Positions 41,920 through 51,835 of a stretch of DNA of 61,468 nucleotides are shown piece by piece. A program made the translations under genes and the position numbers. Position 1 is the stretch's first letter; every line of letters starts with the position of its first letter. The DNA is from Acidimicrobiales bacterium (GTDB lineage: Bacteria; Actinomycetota; Acidimicrobiia; Acidimicrobiales; SZUA-35): NCBI GenBank assembly GCA_047971245.1, contig JBKDZN010000165.1, positions 1 to 61,468 of the forward strand. The letters run 5' to 3'. The notes under the pieces are model-generated. The model saw nothing but the letters and a program-made list of their open reading frames with translations, searched no databases and had not been told where the DNA came from.

Positions 41920-43896
41920 GTGGAACAGATCAGTGTGACCTTGCCCGACGGTTCCCAACGGGAACTCGACGCCGGGGCGACTGCGGCCGATCTGGCCGCC
42001 GGGGTCGGCCGGAGGCTGGCCAAGGACGCCCTCATCGCGGTGGTCGACGGCCGACCGACCGATCTGACCACCCCCCTCGGCGACGGGGCGAAGGTGGAGA
42101 TCGTCACCCCTGGATCCGCCCTCGGGGTCGACACCCTGCGCCATTCCACGGCCCATGTGCTGGCCCAAGCCGTGCTGGCATTGTGGCCCGGGTCGACCTT
42201 CGCCATCGGTCCCGCCATCGAGGACGGCTTCTACTACGACTTCGACCTGCCCGACGGGCAGACCTTCACCGACGACGATCTCGAACGCATCGAGGCCAGG
42301 ATGCGTGACATCATCGCCGCCGATCAGCCCTTCGTGCGCTCGGAGGTCGGCGCCGATGAGGCCCGTGCCCTCATGGCCGAGCACCCCTACAAACGGGAGA
42401 TCATCGACCGGGTCACCAGCGGTGACGCGGATGGGCTCGGCACCGAGGTGGCCGGCGACGACGGCGGCGGTGTGGTCAGCTTCTACCGGAACTCCGACAC
42501 CTTCGTCGACATGTGCGTGGGTCCCCATGTGCCCTCCACCGGCCGTCTCGGCCACTTCAAGCTCATGAAGGTGGCCGGTGCCTACTGGCGAGGTGACGAG
42601 CACGGTCCGATGCTGCAGCGCATCTACGGGACGGCCTGGCCCGACGCGGCGTCTCTCGCCGCCCACCTGGAACGGTTGGAGGAGGCGGCCAAGCGCGACC
42701 ATCGCCGCCTGGCGAACGAGCTCGACCTGCTCTCGTTCCCCTCCGAGCTCGGGGGCGGCCTGGCCGTGTGGCACCCGAAGGGGGCGATCGTCCGCAAGCT
42801 GATGGAGGACTACTCCCGGCAGCGCCACCAGGACGGCGGCTATGAGTTCGCCTACACCCCGCACCTGGCCCGCTCCGACCTGTTCGCCACCTCCGGGCAC
42901 CTCGACTTCTACGCCGACTCCATGTACCCGCCCATGGAGATGGACAACGGCATCTACTACCCGAAGCCGATGAACTGCCCCATGCACGTGCTGATCTACC
43001 GGTCGCGCCAGCGGTCCTACCGGGATCTGCCGTTGCGCCTGTTCGAACTGGGCACGGTCTACCGCTACGAGCGGGCGGGCACCCTGCACGGCCTGCTCCG
43101 CACCCGCGGGTTCACCCAGGACGACGCCCACATCTTCACCACCCCCGACGAGGTCGGGGCCGAGATCATCAGCCTGCTCGAGTTCGTTCTCAGCGTGCTG
43201 CGGGCCTTCGGTTTCGCCGAGTTCTCGGCCCGGCTCGCCACCCGCCCACCGGAGAAGTCGGTGGGCACCGACGAGGTGTGGGATCTGGCCACCACCGCCC
43301 TGCGGGACGCCCTGGAAACGGCCGGACTCGACTACGACATCGACGAGGGCGGCGGCGCCTTCTACGGCCCCAAGATCGACATCGACGTGCAGGACGCCAT
43401 CGGCCGCTCCTGGCAGCTGTCGACCATCCAGGCCGACTTCAACCTGCCCGAACGCTTCGGCATCGAATACGTGGCCCCCGACGGGGAACGGCGCCGACCG
43501 ATCATGCTGCACCGGGCCCTGTTCGGATCGGTGGAGCGGTTCTTCGGGGTGCTGCTCGAGCACTTCGCCGGCAACCTTCCGGCCTGGCTGAGCCCGGTCC
43601 AGGTGGTCGTGCTGCCGGTGGCCGCCGACCACGAACCCTACGCCCGCTCGGTGGTGGACCGCCTGACCGGGGCCGGGATGCGGGTCGAGATGGTTGCGGC
43701 CACCGACCCGCTGGGCAAACGGATCCGCAACGCCAAGACCCAGAAGGTCCCCTATGTGCTGGTGGTGGGAGGCGACGATGTGGACGCGGGCACCGTGGGG
43801 GTCAACCCCCGGGGCCGGCAGGTGGAGCGCGACGTTCCCCTGGACGACTTCGTGGCCCGGTTGAGCGCCGAGGTCGAGCAGCGCAGCGGGGTCTGA
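41920..43896 (+). CDS. thrS: Threonine-tRNA ligase
   Basis: TGS domain, RHSTAH, DMCVGPH, GAYWRG, KPMNCP, QDDAH, AFYGPKID, MLHRA. Confidence 0.98.
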   Translation: MEQISVTLPDGSQRELDAGATAADLAAGVGRRLAKDALIAVVDGRPTDLTTPLGDGAKVEIVTPGSALGVDTLRHSTAHVLAQAVLALWPGSTFAIGPAIEDGFYYDFDLPDGQTFTDDDLERIEARMRDIIAADQPFVRSEVGADEARALMAEHPYKREIIDRVTSGDADGLGTEVAGDDGGGVVSFYRNSDTFVDMCVGPHVPSTGRLGHFKLMKVAGAYWRGDEHGPMLQRIYGTAWPDAASLAAHLERLEEAAKRDHRRLANELDLLSFPSELGGGLAVWHPKGAIVRKLMEDYSRQRHQDGGYEFAYTPHLARSDLFATSGHLDFYADSMYPPMEMDNGIYYPKPMNCPMHVLIYRSRQRSYRDLPLRLFELGTVYRYERAGTLHGLLRTRGFTQDDAHIFTTPDEVGAEIISLLEFVLSVLRAFGFAEFSARLATRPPEKSVGTDEVWDLATTALRDALETAGLDYDIDEGGGAFYGPKIDIDVQDAIGRSWQLSTIQADFNLPERFGIEYVAPDGERRRPIMLHRALFGSVERFFGVLLEHFAGNLPAWLSPVQVVVLPVAADHEPYARSVVDRLTGAGMRVEMVAATDPLGKRIRNAKTQKVPYVLVVGGDDVDAGTVGVNPRGRQVERDVPLDDFVARLSAEVEQRSGV

Positions 43897-43951
43897 ATCG
43901 CCGGAACCGGCCGCCGGCCGGTATCGACCGATCCCGAGGGAGGGACCGAAC

Positions 43952-44464
43952 GTGGACTATTTGACCGCGGGCTGGCGCATGGGCCGCCCCGAGGGTGAGG
44001 GCGCCGATGGTCGGCCGCACGTGGACGTGGCGCCGGCCCCCGGTCAGAGCCTGTTCGAAGCCATCGAGACCTCGGGCCGACCCGACAACGAGACCTACAT
44101 CCTGGAGCGGCGGGAGCACACGTTCGCCATCCTGAACGTCTTCCCGTACACGGCCGGTCATCTCATGGTCCTGCCCCGCCGGGCCGTCGCCGGGATCGAG
44201 GACCTCGACGACGCCTGCTTCGACGAGCTGTGGCGCCTGGTCCGTCACGCCCTGGGCGCGGTGACCCGCGCGTTCCGCCCCGAAGGGGTCAACATCGGGA
44301 TCAACCAGGGGGTGGCCGGCGGCGGCTCCGAGCCCGACCATCTCCACGTGCACGTGGTGCCCCGGTGGAGCGCCGACACCAACTTCATGACCTCGCTGGC
44401 CGACACCCGGGTCCTGCCGGTCACCCTGGAACAGACCTGGGAGCAGCTCCGCGCCCACTGGTAG
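43952..44464 (+). CDS. HIT-family protein (Ap4A phosphorylase-like)
   Basis: LNVFPYTAGHLMV, NIGINQG, HLHVHVVPRW; conserved position after thrS. Confidence 0.92.
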   Translation: MDYLTAGWRMGRPEGEGADGRPHVDVAPAPGQSLFEAIETSGRPDNETYILERREHTFAILNVFPYTAGHLMVLPRRAVAGIEDLDDACFDELWRLVRHALGAVTRAFRPEGVNIGINQGVAGGGSEPDHLHVHVVPRWSADTNFMTSLADTRVLPVTLEQTWEQLRAHW

Positions 44465-44512
44465 CCGGACCCCGGGGCCGAGGCGCCCCGCCGGCCCGAT
44501 ACCGTTGCCGGG

Positions 44513-45226
44513 GTGAACGACCGTGACGCCACCAGCGGATCGGCCGGCCTGGTTCCCGCCGAGACGGCCGAGGACGTGTCTGCTGACGACGTGTCCTCCG
44601 GCGACGTGTCCTCCGAGGACGTGTCTCCTGATGACGTGCTCCCCGAGGACCTCCAGCCCGCCCTCGCCGATCACGAGGACTATGTCTTCCCCAACAACAA
44701 TCGGCGCCGTATCCCCGGCTACCTGTACCTCGGGGTCGCCGTCGTGCTGGTCGTCCTCTACCTGGCCTTCCGGGATTCGCCCTACGTCAACGGGGGCTAC
44801 CTGTTCGCCGCCGTCCTCCTCGGCGCCTTCGGGGCCTACAGCATCGTGTCGGGGTGGAACCTCGACGTCGACGAACGCGACGCCCTGGTGGCGTCGGTGG
44901 ACCGGGTCGGGTTCCCGGTCGGGCACGCCTCGGCCCAGATGGGTTGGCGAGGGCTGCTCAGCCGCCCCACCTGGCGGATCCTGCTCTACTCGGCCGACGA
45001 GCCCCCGTCGAAGCGGGGATTCGTCCTGGTCGACGGGGTCGACGGTGAGGTGGTCGAGGCCCTGGTGGAGGACAACCCGGAGGATTGGTCGGAGTTCGCC
45101 GATGACCCGGATGATCCCGAGGCCGCCGAACCGGCCGCGATCTCCGCCGGCGACGAGGCCGATGAGACCGATGACACCGGAAACCCGGCGGATCCGGGAC
45201 GAACGCCGGGGTCTGGTACCGTTTAA
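44513..45226 (+). CDS. Hypothetical 2-TM membrane protein with acidic termini
   Basis: High-GC3 ORF, two hydrophobic helices, acidic repeat N-terminus, TACCGT box 7 nt upstream. Confidence 0.75.
   Translation: MNDRDATSGSAGLVPAETAEDVSADDVSSGDVSSEDVSPDDVLPEDLQPALADHEDYVFPNNNRRRIPGYLYLGVAVVLVVLYLAFRDSPYVNGGYLFAAVLLGAFGAYSIVSGWNLDVDERDALVASVDRVGFPVGHASAQMGWRGLLSRPTWRILLYSADEPPSKRGFVLVDGVDGEVVEALVEDNPEDWSEFADDPDDPEAAEPAAISAGDEADETDDTGNPADPGRTPGSGTV
44570..44644 (+). repeat. In-frame 15-bp tandem repeat x5 (xDVSx)
   Basis: Units EDVSA, DDVSS, GDVSS, EDVSP, DDVLP, each containing GACGTG. Confidence 0.85.
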
Positions 45227-45341
45227 GGAGACGACGGAGCCGGCGTCGCCGCATCCCACGGTCGGCTCCGTGACGGGCCCGGGCCGGGGACTGATGCCGG
45301 CCGGGTCGTGAGCCAGGAATACCCCTACCTAGGACATTACG

Positions 45342-46049
45342 TTGTTCGACGGATCGTTTCGTACAGGATTCGAGCGGGTGGTCGCTCCGATCGGGAAGGG
45401 CCTGCAGCGTGCGGGCATCTCGCCGGACGTCATCACCGTGGGCGGGGTGATCATGGCGTCCGCCACCGCGGTGGCCATCGCCACCGGCCGGTTCTGGCCG
45501 GCGGCGCTGCTGCTCGCCCTCACCGGTGCATCCGACGCCCTCGACGGCGCGGTGGCCAAGGCCGGGGGCCGGGCCGGCCCCCGCGGCGCCTACCTCGATT
45601 CGGTCAGTGATCGGCTCAGCGACGCCCTCCTGTTCGCCGGTTGCGCCTGGTACCTGGCCGGAACCGACTCCCCCCACATGGCCCTGCTGCCCTTCGGGGT
45701 GTACATCGCGGCGTCACTGGTCTCCTACCAGCGGGCCAAAGCCGAATCGTTGGGCTACCAGGCCAAGGGTGGCCTGATGGAACGGGCCGAGCGGTTCATC
45801 GTGCTCGGTTTCGGCCTGGTGTTCCACAGCCTGCTCGTGCCGGTCCTGTGGGTGATGCTGGTCCTCACCGCCATCACGGCGGCCACCCGGTTCGCCAAGG
45901 TGTGGCGGCAGGCCTCGGGGCAGCCGCCCCGGGCCGTGGCCGCGGCCCGCCGTACCCGGCGGCGCCGGACCCGTTCGGTGGCCGACTTCCGGGCCCGGGC
46001 CGACGCCCGGGTCGCGGCCCGGGCCGAACGCCGCCGTCGGGCCCGCTGA
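45342..46049 (+). CDS. pgsA: Phosphatidylinositol-phosphate synthase (CDP-alcohol phosphotransferase)
   Basis: SPDVIT, DALDGAVAK...GAYLDSVSD motif, ERAER; synteny with acyltransferase and pimA. Confidence 0.88.
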   Translation: MFDGSFRTGFERVVAPIGKGLQRAGISPDVITVGGVIMASATAVAIATGRFWPAALLLALTGASDALDGAVAKAGGRAGPRGAYLDSVSDRLSDALLFAGCAWYLAGTDSPHMALLPFGVYIAASLVSYQRAKAESLGYQAKGGLMERAERFIVLGFGLVFHSLLVPVLWVMLVLTAITAATRFAKVWRQASGQPPRAVAAARRTRRRRTRSVADFRARADARVAARAERRRRAR

Positions 46050-46063
46050 CCTCCGACCCGTCG

Positions 46064-46993
46064 GTGCCCGGCCGACGTCGCTTCACCTGGCGGCCGGTGT
46101 GGACGTTCCGGGTTGCCGCCGCGGCGGTCGCCGCCGTGCCCCGGCGATGGCTGTGGCCCCTGGCCGAACGGGTCGGGACCCGGTTCGGGCCCCGCCTGCT
46201 TCCCGACCGGACCGCCCAACTGGCCACCCACATCCGCCGGGTCGACCCGGACCTCGACGAAACCGAGGCCGCGGCCGCCGCAGCCCGGGGCATCGGCTCC
46301 TACGCCCGCTACTGGGCCGAGTCGTTCCGCCTGCCGACCATGTCGGCCGCCGCCGTCGACCGGGGTTTCGTGGTCACCGGCTACGACCGGATCGAGGCGT
46401 CCCTGGCCGCCGGGGTCGGCCCGATCCTCGTCCTGCCCCACCTCGGGGGGTGGGAATGGGCGGCGGCGTGGCTGAACCGGGTCAAACACCAGCAGGTCAC
46501 CGCGGTGGCCGAACGGCTCGAACCCCCCGAACTGTTCGACTGGTTCGTCTCGTTGCGCCGCTCGTACGGGATCGACGTGGTTCCCCTCGGCCCCCGGGCG
46601 ATCGCGGCGCTGGTCAAGGCGGTGCGGCAACGCCGGATCGTCTGCCTGTTGAGCGACCGGGACCTGTCCGGCACCGGGGTGGCGGTGACGTTCTTCGGCG
46701 AGACCACCACCCTTCCGGCCGGACCCGCGGTCCTGGCCCGGCGGACCGGGGCGCCGCTCCTGCCGACCGCCGTCTACTTCCGGGGCCCGGCCCACCTGGC
46801 CGTGGTCGGGCCCGCGGTGCGGGCCGACGAGTCGTTGCCGCTGCGCGACGACGTGGCCCGGATGACCCAGCAGCTGGCGTGGGCCATGGAGGACCTGATC
46901 GGCGACGCCCCCGACCAGTGGCACCTGTTGGAGCCGAACTGGCCGTCGGACCGGGCCGGGTACCGCACCCCGATTCCCGCCCCCGCTGAGTAG
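46064..46993 (+). CDS. Phosphatidylinositol mannoside acyltransferase (PatA-like); start uncertain
   Basis: SYARYWAESFRLP, PHLGGWE, LSDRDL, PDQWH; between pgsA and pimA. Confidence 0.88.
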   Translation: MPGRRRFTWRPVWTFRVAAAAVAAVPRRWLWPLAERVGTRFGPRLLPDRTAQLATHIRRVDPDLDETEAAAAAARGIGSYARYWAESFRLPTMSAAAVDRGFVVTGYDRIEASLAAGVGPILVLPHLGGWEWAAAWLNRVKHQQVTAVAERLEPPELFDWFVSLRRSYGIDVVPLGPRAIAALVKAVRQRRIVCLLSDRDLSGTGVAVTFFGETTTLPAGPAVLARRTGAPLLPTAVYFRGPAHLAVVGPAVRADESLPLRDDVARMTQQLAWAMEDLIGDAPDQWHLLEPNWPSDRAGYRTPIPAPAE

Positions 46994-47002
46994 TGTGCAC
47001 GG

Positions 47003-48073
47003 GTGCGTGTCGGCCTGATCTGTCCCTACAGCCTCGCGGTCTGGGGCGGTGTCCAGGCCCAGGTGCTGGCCCTCGGGCGGGCCCTGCGGGACCGGGGGGT
47101 CGACACCCAGGTCCTCGCCCCGTGCGACGGGACCCCGCCCGAACCGTGGGTGACCCCGCTCGGCAACTCGATCCCCTACGCCCAGAACGGCTCCCTCGCC
47201 CCGCTGGCCCCCGACGCGGCGGCCCAGCTCCGGGTGATCGCGGCCCTGTGGGACGAGGAGTTCGACGTCCTCCATCTCCACGAACCGCTGGCCCCCGGCC
47301 CGACCATGACCGCCCTGTTCGTCAAGCCGGCCCCCCTGCTCGGCACCTTCCACGCCGCCGGCCACATCGGTTCCTATCGATGGTTCCGGCCGGTGGTGAG
47401 CCGGATGGCGTCACGGCTCGACCAGCGGGTGGCCGTCTCCCCGGAAGCCGCCGACATGGCCGAACGGCACCTGGGCGGTGCGTACGACGTCTTGTTCAAC
47501 GGTATCGAGGTGGACCGGTTCGCCGGGGCCGAGCCGATGCCGGACCGGGAACGTGCGGTGCTGTTCCTCGGCCGCCACGAGCCCCGCAAGGGCCTGTCGG
47601 TCCTGCTCGAGGCGGTCCGTTGGCTCCCGCCGGACGTTCAGATCCTGGTGGCCGGGTCCGGTCCCGAAACCTCCACCCTCCAGGCCCGCTACCGGGACGA
47701 CGACCGGATCGTGTGGCTCGGTCCCCTCCCGGAGCTCGACAAGCGCCGATACCTGCGGGGTGTCGGGGCGTTCTGCGTCCCCTCCCTCGGCGGCGAGAGC
47801 TTCGGTCTGGTGCTGCTGGAGGGGATGGCGGCCGGGGTGCCCATCGTGGCCAGCGACCTGCCCGCCTACGAGGTGGTGACCGGCGGCGGGGCCTACGCCA
47901 CCATGTTTCCCACCGGCGACCCCCAGGCCCTGGCCAAGGCCCTGCTCGACGCCCTGGCCCGGACCCCGGCCATCGAGGCCCGGATCTCGTCGGGTCGCAA
48001 GCGGGCCGAGGAGTTCTCCATGGACCGTCTGGCCGAGTTGTACCTGGCCCGCTACGACCGGTTGAGCGCCTGA
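47003..48073 (+). CDS. pimA: Phosphatidylinositol alpha-mannosyltransferase
   Basis: CPYS...GGVQ, LHLHEP, TFH, FLGRHEPRKG, GGESFGLVLLEGMAAG. Confidence 0.88.
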   Translation: MRVGLICPYSLAVWGGVQAQVLALGRALRDRGVDTQVLAPCDGTPPEPWVTPLGNSIPYAQNGSLAPLAPDAAAQLRVIAALWDEEFDVLHLHEPLAPGPTMTALFVKPAPLLGTFHAAGHIGSYRWFRPVVSRMASRLDQRVAVSPEAADMAERHLGGAYDVLFNGIEVDRFAGAEPMPDRERAVLFLGRHEPRKGLSVLLEAVRWLPPDVQILVAGSGPETSTLQARYRDDDRIVWLGPLPELDKRRYLRGVGAFCVPSLGGESFGLVLLEGMAAGVPIVASDLPAYEVVTGGGAYATMFPTGDPQALAKALLDALARTPAIEARISSGRKRAEEFSMDRLAELYLARYDRLSA

Positions 48074-48101
48074 CCGTCGGGCGTACACTCGTCTTCCTCT
48101 C

Positions 48102-48920
48102 ATGGACTCCGACGCCCAGATCGGCCCGAGCCGCGACACCACCTCCGGGGTTCTCACCGGACTGGTGGCCACCGTCGCCGTGATCGTGGCCCTACCCCTG
48201 CTGATCGTGTGCGTCGCGTTCGCGGCCGTGCTCCCGGGGGTGCCGTGGTGGGTGGGTGCTCCCGTGGCCGTCATCGTGTCCGGCCTGGTCGTCTGGTGGA
48301 TGCTCCGGAACCCGATCGACCGGATCGTCGGCCGGCTCGACGCGTCACCGGTCGACGAGACCCGCCACGCCCGCCTCATCAACCTGGTCCAGGGCCTGGC
48401 CCTGGCCGAGGGTGTCCCCGAACCCGACCTGATGATCATCGACGACCCGGCCCGGAACGTCGCCGTCGCCGCCCGGGGCGACACCGCCGTCATCATCGCC
48501 ACCACCGGCCTGCTCGAATCGCTCGACCTGGTCTCGTTGGAGGCGGTGGTGGCCGAAGCCATGGTCCGCATCGGCAACGGTGACGCCGAGGCCGCCGCCA
48601 CCGGGGCCAATTTGCTGGGGGTCTGGGGGTCCCTGCCCGTGGCCTCCGTGCTCGACCCGGTGGTCAGTGCCCGGCTCCAATCAGCGTTGCCCGAGGACCG
48701 CGACCTCATCGCCGATCGGGACGCGGTCAACCTGACCCGCTACCCGCCCGGCCTCTACCAGGCCCTCACCGCCATGGCCGACCAGAACGTCACGGTCCGC
48801 CGGGCCCGACGGGCCGACGACGCCCTGTGGATGATCTCGCCCGCCCAGGCCAACGGGGGACGCCACCTCGGCCCCCGGTCCTCGCTCACCCTACGCCTGG
48901 ACATCCTCTCGGAGCTGTGA
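48102..48920 (+). CDS. HtpX/M48-like membrane protein lacking HExxH
   Basis: 2 TM, NLVQGL...GVPEP, IIATTGLLE.L...LEAVVA, AD..AV.LTRYPPGL..AL. Confidence 0.7.
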   Translation: MDSDAQIGPSRDTTSGVLTGLVATVAVIVALPLLIVCVAFAAVLPGVPWWVGAPVAVIVSGLVVWWMLRNPIDRIVGRLDASPVDETRHARLINLVQGLALAEGVPEPDLMIIDDPARNVAVAARGDTAVIIATTGLLESLDLVSLEAVVAEAMVRIGNGDAEAAATGANLLGVWGSLPVASVLDPVVSARLQSALPEDRDLIADRDAVNLTRYPPGLYQALTAMADQNVTVRRARRADDALWMISPAQANGGRHLGPRSSLTLRLDILSEL

Positions 48921-49044
48921 CCGATCCGCTCGTGATCATCGGCTCCCGATAGCCACCGCCCGGCCCGGGCCACCCCGGCGGGCGCCACAAATCCGAGGTC
49001 GATTCCCGCTCGACCCCGGCAACCAGGAGGGATCCCGCCGCTCC

Positions 49045-50148
49045 ATGTCCACCCCATCCCGTCGTGCCCGGCTGCGCCTGGGGGCCGCCGCCGCGGCCCT
49101 GCTGATCACCGGTTGCGGAGGGGGCGAGGCCGCCGTCCCGAGCACCCGCCCCGCCCCGCCCCGCTCCACCACCCCGGTGGCGATCACCACCACCGCCCCG
49201 CCGTCCACCACCAGTTCGGTGCCGTTCCCCGACGGCACCGTCCCCGCCCCGTTCACCGGTCTGCCCCTCGAATCGGCCCTCACCGCCCGCCGGGCGGTGA
49301 TCGTCAAGGTCGACAACCACCGCGACGCCCGGCCCCAGACCGGCCTCGACCGGGCCGACATCGTGTTCGACTACCGGGCCGAGGGGGTGACCCGGTTCGC
49401 CGCCGTGTTCCACTCCGACCTGCCGGACGCGGTCGGTCCGGTCCGCTCCAGCCGCACCGGGGACTTCGACATCCTCAGCGGCTTCGACCATCCCGTGTAC
49501 GGGTCGTCCGGCGGGAACGACGGGGTCATCCACGGCCTGCGACGCCTGCCCATCTTCGCCATGACGAACTGGGACCGCACCGAGTACTACCGGGACCCGG
49601 CCCGGCGGTCGCCGCACAACCTGATGGTCGACCCCGGCGTCCTGTACACGGCGGCGGAGGGTCGCTACGGGGCCGACCTCACCGACCTGCCGGGTCCACG
49701 GCCCTGGTTCGACTACGCCCGGCCGGGCGAACCCGGTTCGGTCGGCCAGCCCGTCGACGGGGCCGTCACCGTCGACTTCCGGGGCAGCCCGGTGGTGACC
49801 TGGGAGTGGGATCCGCGCCGCGCCGCCTGGGCCCGCAGCCAGGACGGTCAACCCCACCTGACCACCGACGGGGCGGCGATCGTTGCCGCCAACGTGGTGA
49901 TCATGATCACCAGCTACGGCACCAGTTCGGCCGACGTCACCTCCCCCGAGGTCCGTTCCCTCGGCCGCGGCGAGCTGTTCGTCCTCACCGGCGGCCAGGT
50001 CGTGGAGGGCACCTGGACCCGGGAGGCGGCCACCGAACCGCCCACCCTGCTCGACGAGGCCGGTGGGCCGATCGTGCTCACCGCCGGTCGGACCTGGGTG
50101 CTGTACCCCGAGAAGGGCCAGGTCCGGGTGCCCACCGCCGTCCCGTAG
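49045..50148 (+). CDS. DUF3048-family lipoprotein
   Basis: Lipobox LITGC, PFTG, VKVDNH..ARPQTGL..AD, EG.TR, GPVRS.R, PHN. Confidence 0.85.
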   Translation: MSTPSRRARLRLGAAAAALLITGCGGGEAAVPSTRPAPPRSTTPVAITTTAPPSTTSSVPFPDGTVPAPFTGLPLESALTARRAVIVKVDNHRDARPQTGLDRADIVFDYRAEGVTRFAAVFHSDLPDAVGPVRSSRTGDFDILSGFDHPVYGSSGGNDGVIHGLRRLPIFAMTNWDRTEYYRDPARRSPHNLMVDPGVLYTAAEGRYGADLTDLPGPRPWFDYARPGEPGSVGQPVDGAVTVDFRGSPVVTWEWDPRRAAWARSQDGQPHLTTDGAAIVAANVVIMITSYGTSSADVTSPEVRSLGRGELFVLTGGQVVEGTWTREAATEPPTLLDEAGGPIVLTAGRTWVLYPEKGQVRVPTAVP

Positions 50149-50240
50149 CCGCCGCCGGCCAGGTGGTTCGCACTCGGCCGCCGGACGGGGCCGGAAACCG
50201 ACTGGCGGGCCGGCCGAGACCGGGTCGTAGACTCATGGCC

Positions 50241-51161
50241 ATGGCTTCCTCTTCTATTCCTCCGGCCGACGGCGCCGGGCCCCAGCGGACCGACGGCACC
50301 GTCCGGGTCAAGCGCGGCCTGGCCGAGATGCTCAAGGGGGGTGTGATCATGGACGTGGTCACCCCCGACCAGGCCAGGATCGCCGAGGAGGCCGGCGCGG
50401 TGGCGGTCATGGCCCTGGAACGGGTGCCGGCCGACATCCGCCGCGACGGCGGGGTGGCCCGCATGAGCGATCCGGAGATGATCGAGGGCATCAAGGCCGC
50501 GGTCACCATCCCGGTCATGGCCAAGGCCCGGATCGGTCACTTCGTGGAAGCCCAGGTCCTGCAGGCCCTCGGGGTCGACTATGTCGACGAATCCGAGGTG
50601 CTCACTCCGGCCGACGAGGCCCACCACATCGACAAGTTCGCCTTCACCGTGCCCTTCGTGTGCGGTGCCACCAACCTGGGGGAGGCGCTGAGGCGCATCT
50701 CCGAGGGTGCGTGCATGATCCGCTCCAAGGGTGAGGCCGGCACGGGCAATGTGGTGGAAGCGGTCCGGCACCTGCGGTCCATCACCGGCGACATCCGGGC
50801 CCTGACCCAGGCCGATCCGGCCGAACTGTTCGACTGGGCCAAGCGGCTCCAGGCGCCCCTGCCCCTGGTGCAGGAGATCGCGTCGACCGGTGAACTGCCG
50901 GTCCCCCTGTTCTGCGCCGGCGGGCTGGCCACCCCGGCCGACGCGGCGCTCGCCATGCAGCTCGGCGCCGAAGCGGTGTTCGTCGGATCGGGGATCTTCA
51001 AGAGCAGCAACCCGGCGCCGCGGGCCAAGGCGATCGTCGAGGCCACCACCCACTACAACGACGCCGAGATCCTGGCCAAGGTGAGCCGCGGCCTCGGGGC
51101 CCCCATGACCGGCATCGGGATGGACGATCTCGACGTCCGCCTGGCCGACCGCGGCTGGTAG
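50241..51161 (+). CDS. pdxS: PLP synthase subunit PdxS (alternative start 50235)
   Basis: [49 protein letters not shown]. Confidence 0.98.
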   Translation: MASSSIPPADGAGPQRTDGTVRVKRGLAEMLKGGVIMDVVTPDQARIAEEAGAVAVMALERVPADIRRDGGVARMSDPEMIEGIKAAVTIPVMAKARIGHFVEAQVLQALGVDYVDESEVLTPADEAHHIDKFAFTVPFVCGATNLGEALRRISEGACMIRSKGEAGTGNVVEAVRHLRSITGDIRALTQADPAELFDWAKRLQAPLPLVQEIASTGELPVPLFCAGGLATPADAALAMQLGAEAVFVGSGIFKSSNPAPRAKAIVEATTHYNDAEILAKVSRGLGAPMTGIGMDDLDVRLADRGW

Positions 51162-51165
51162 CGCC

Positions 51166-51750
51166 GTGCCCGCCGTCGGGGTCCTCGCCCTCCAGGGGGC
51201 GTTCCGCCGCCATGTCGAAGCCCTGCACCGGTGCGGGGCCGACCCGGTCGAAGTCCGCACCCCGGCCGGTCTCGACACGGTCGACGCCCTCGTCATCCCC
51301 GGTGGGGAGTCGACCACGATGGTCAACCTGCTCGACGCCTCCGAACTGACCGACCCGGTCGGCAAACGGCTGGCCGACGGGATGCCCACCCTCGGCACCT
51401 GCGCCGGCATGATCCTGCTGGCCACCACGGTCACCGACGGCCGCCCGGGCCAGTTCAGCTTCGCCGTCCTCGACGTCGAGGTGCGGCGCAACGGGTACGG
51501 ACGCCAGATCAACTCCTTCGAGGCCGACCTCGAGGTGGCCGCCGTCGGCGCGCCCCCGGTCCGGGGGGTGTTCATCCGGGCCCCGAAGATCGAATCGGTC
51601 GGACCGGAGGTGGAGGTCCTGGCCGAGCTGGACGACGACCCGGTCCTGGTGCGTTCCGGTCCGATCCTGGCCTCGTCGTTCCACCCCGAGCTCACCGGCG
51701 ACGATCGCCTCCATCGATTGTTCCTCGCCTCCCTGGCCGATCAGGCCTGA
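51166..51750 (+). CDS. pdxT: PLP synthase glutaminase PdxT
   Basis: GVLALQG, PGGESTT, GTCAG, RNGYGRQ..SFE, FIRAP, FHPEL. Confidence 0.97.
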   Translation: MPAVGVLALQGAFRRHVEALHRCGADPVEVRTPAGLDTVDALVIPGGESTTMVNLLDASELTDPVGKRLADGMPTLGTCAGMILLATTVTDGRPGQFSFAVLDVEVRRNGYGRQINSFEADLEVAAVGAPPVRGVFIRAPKIESVGPEVEVLAELDDDPVLVRSGPILASSFHPELTGDDRLHRLFLASLADQA

Positions 51751-51835
51751 GCCGGGCCCACCAGGCGCAGCCGACCGGCCGGGTGCCGCGCCTCAGTAGA
51801 CTCAATGGGCCAACCGAAGGAATGGGGAGCAGACG

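Noticed and set aside
48921..49044. Possible riboswitch upstream of the DUF3048 lipoprotein
   Set aside because: Short stems exist (GGTCGA/TCGACC) but I recognise no riboswitch consensus; such pairing is expected at this GC level.
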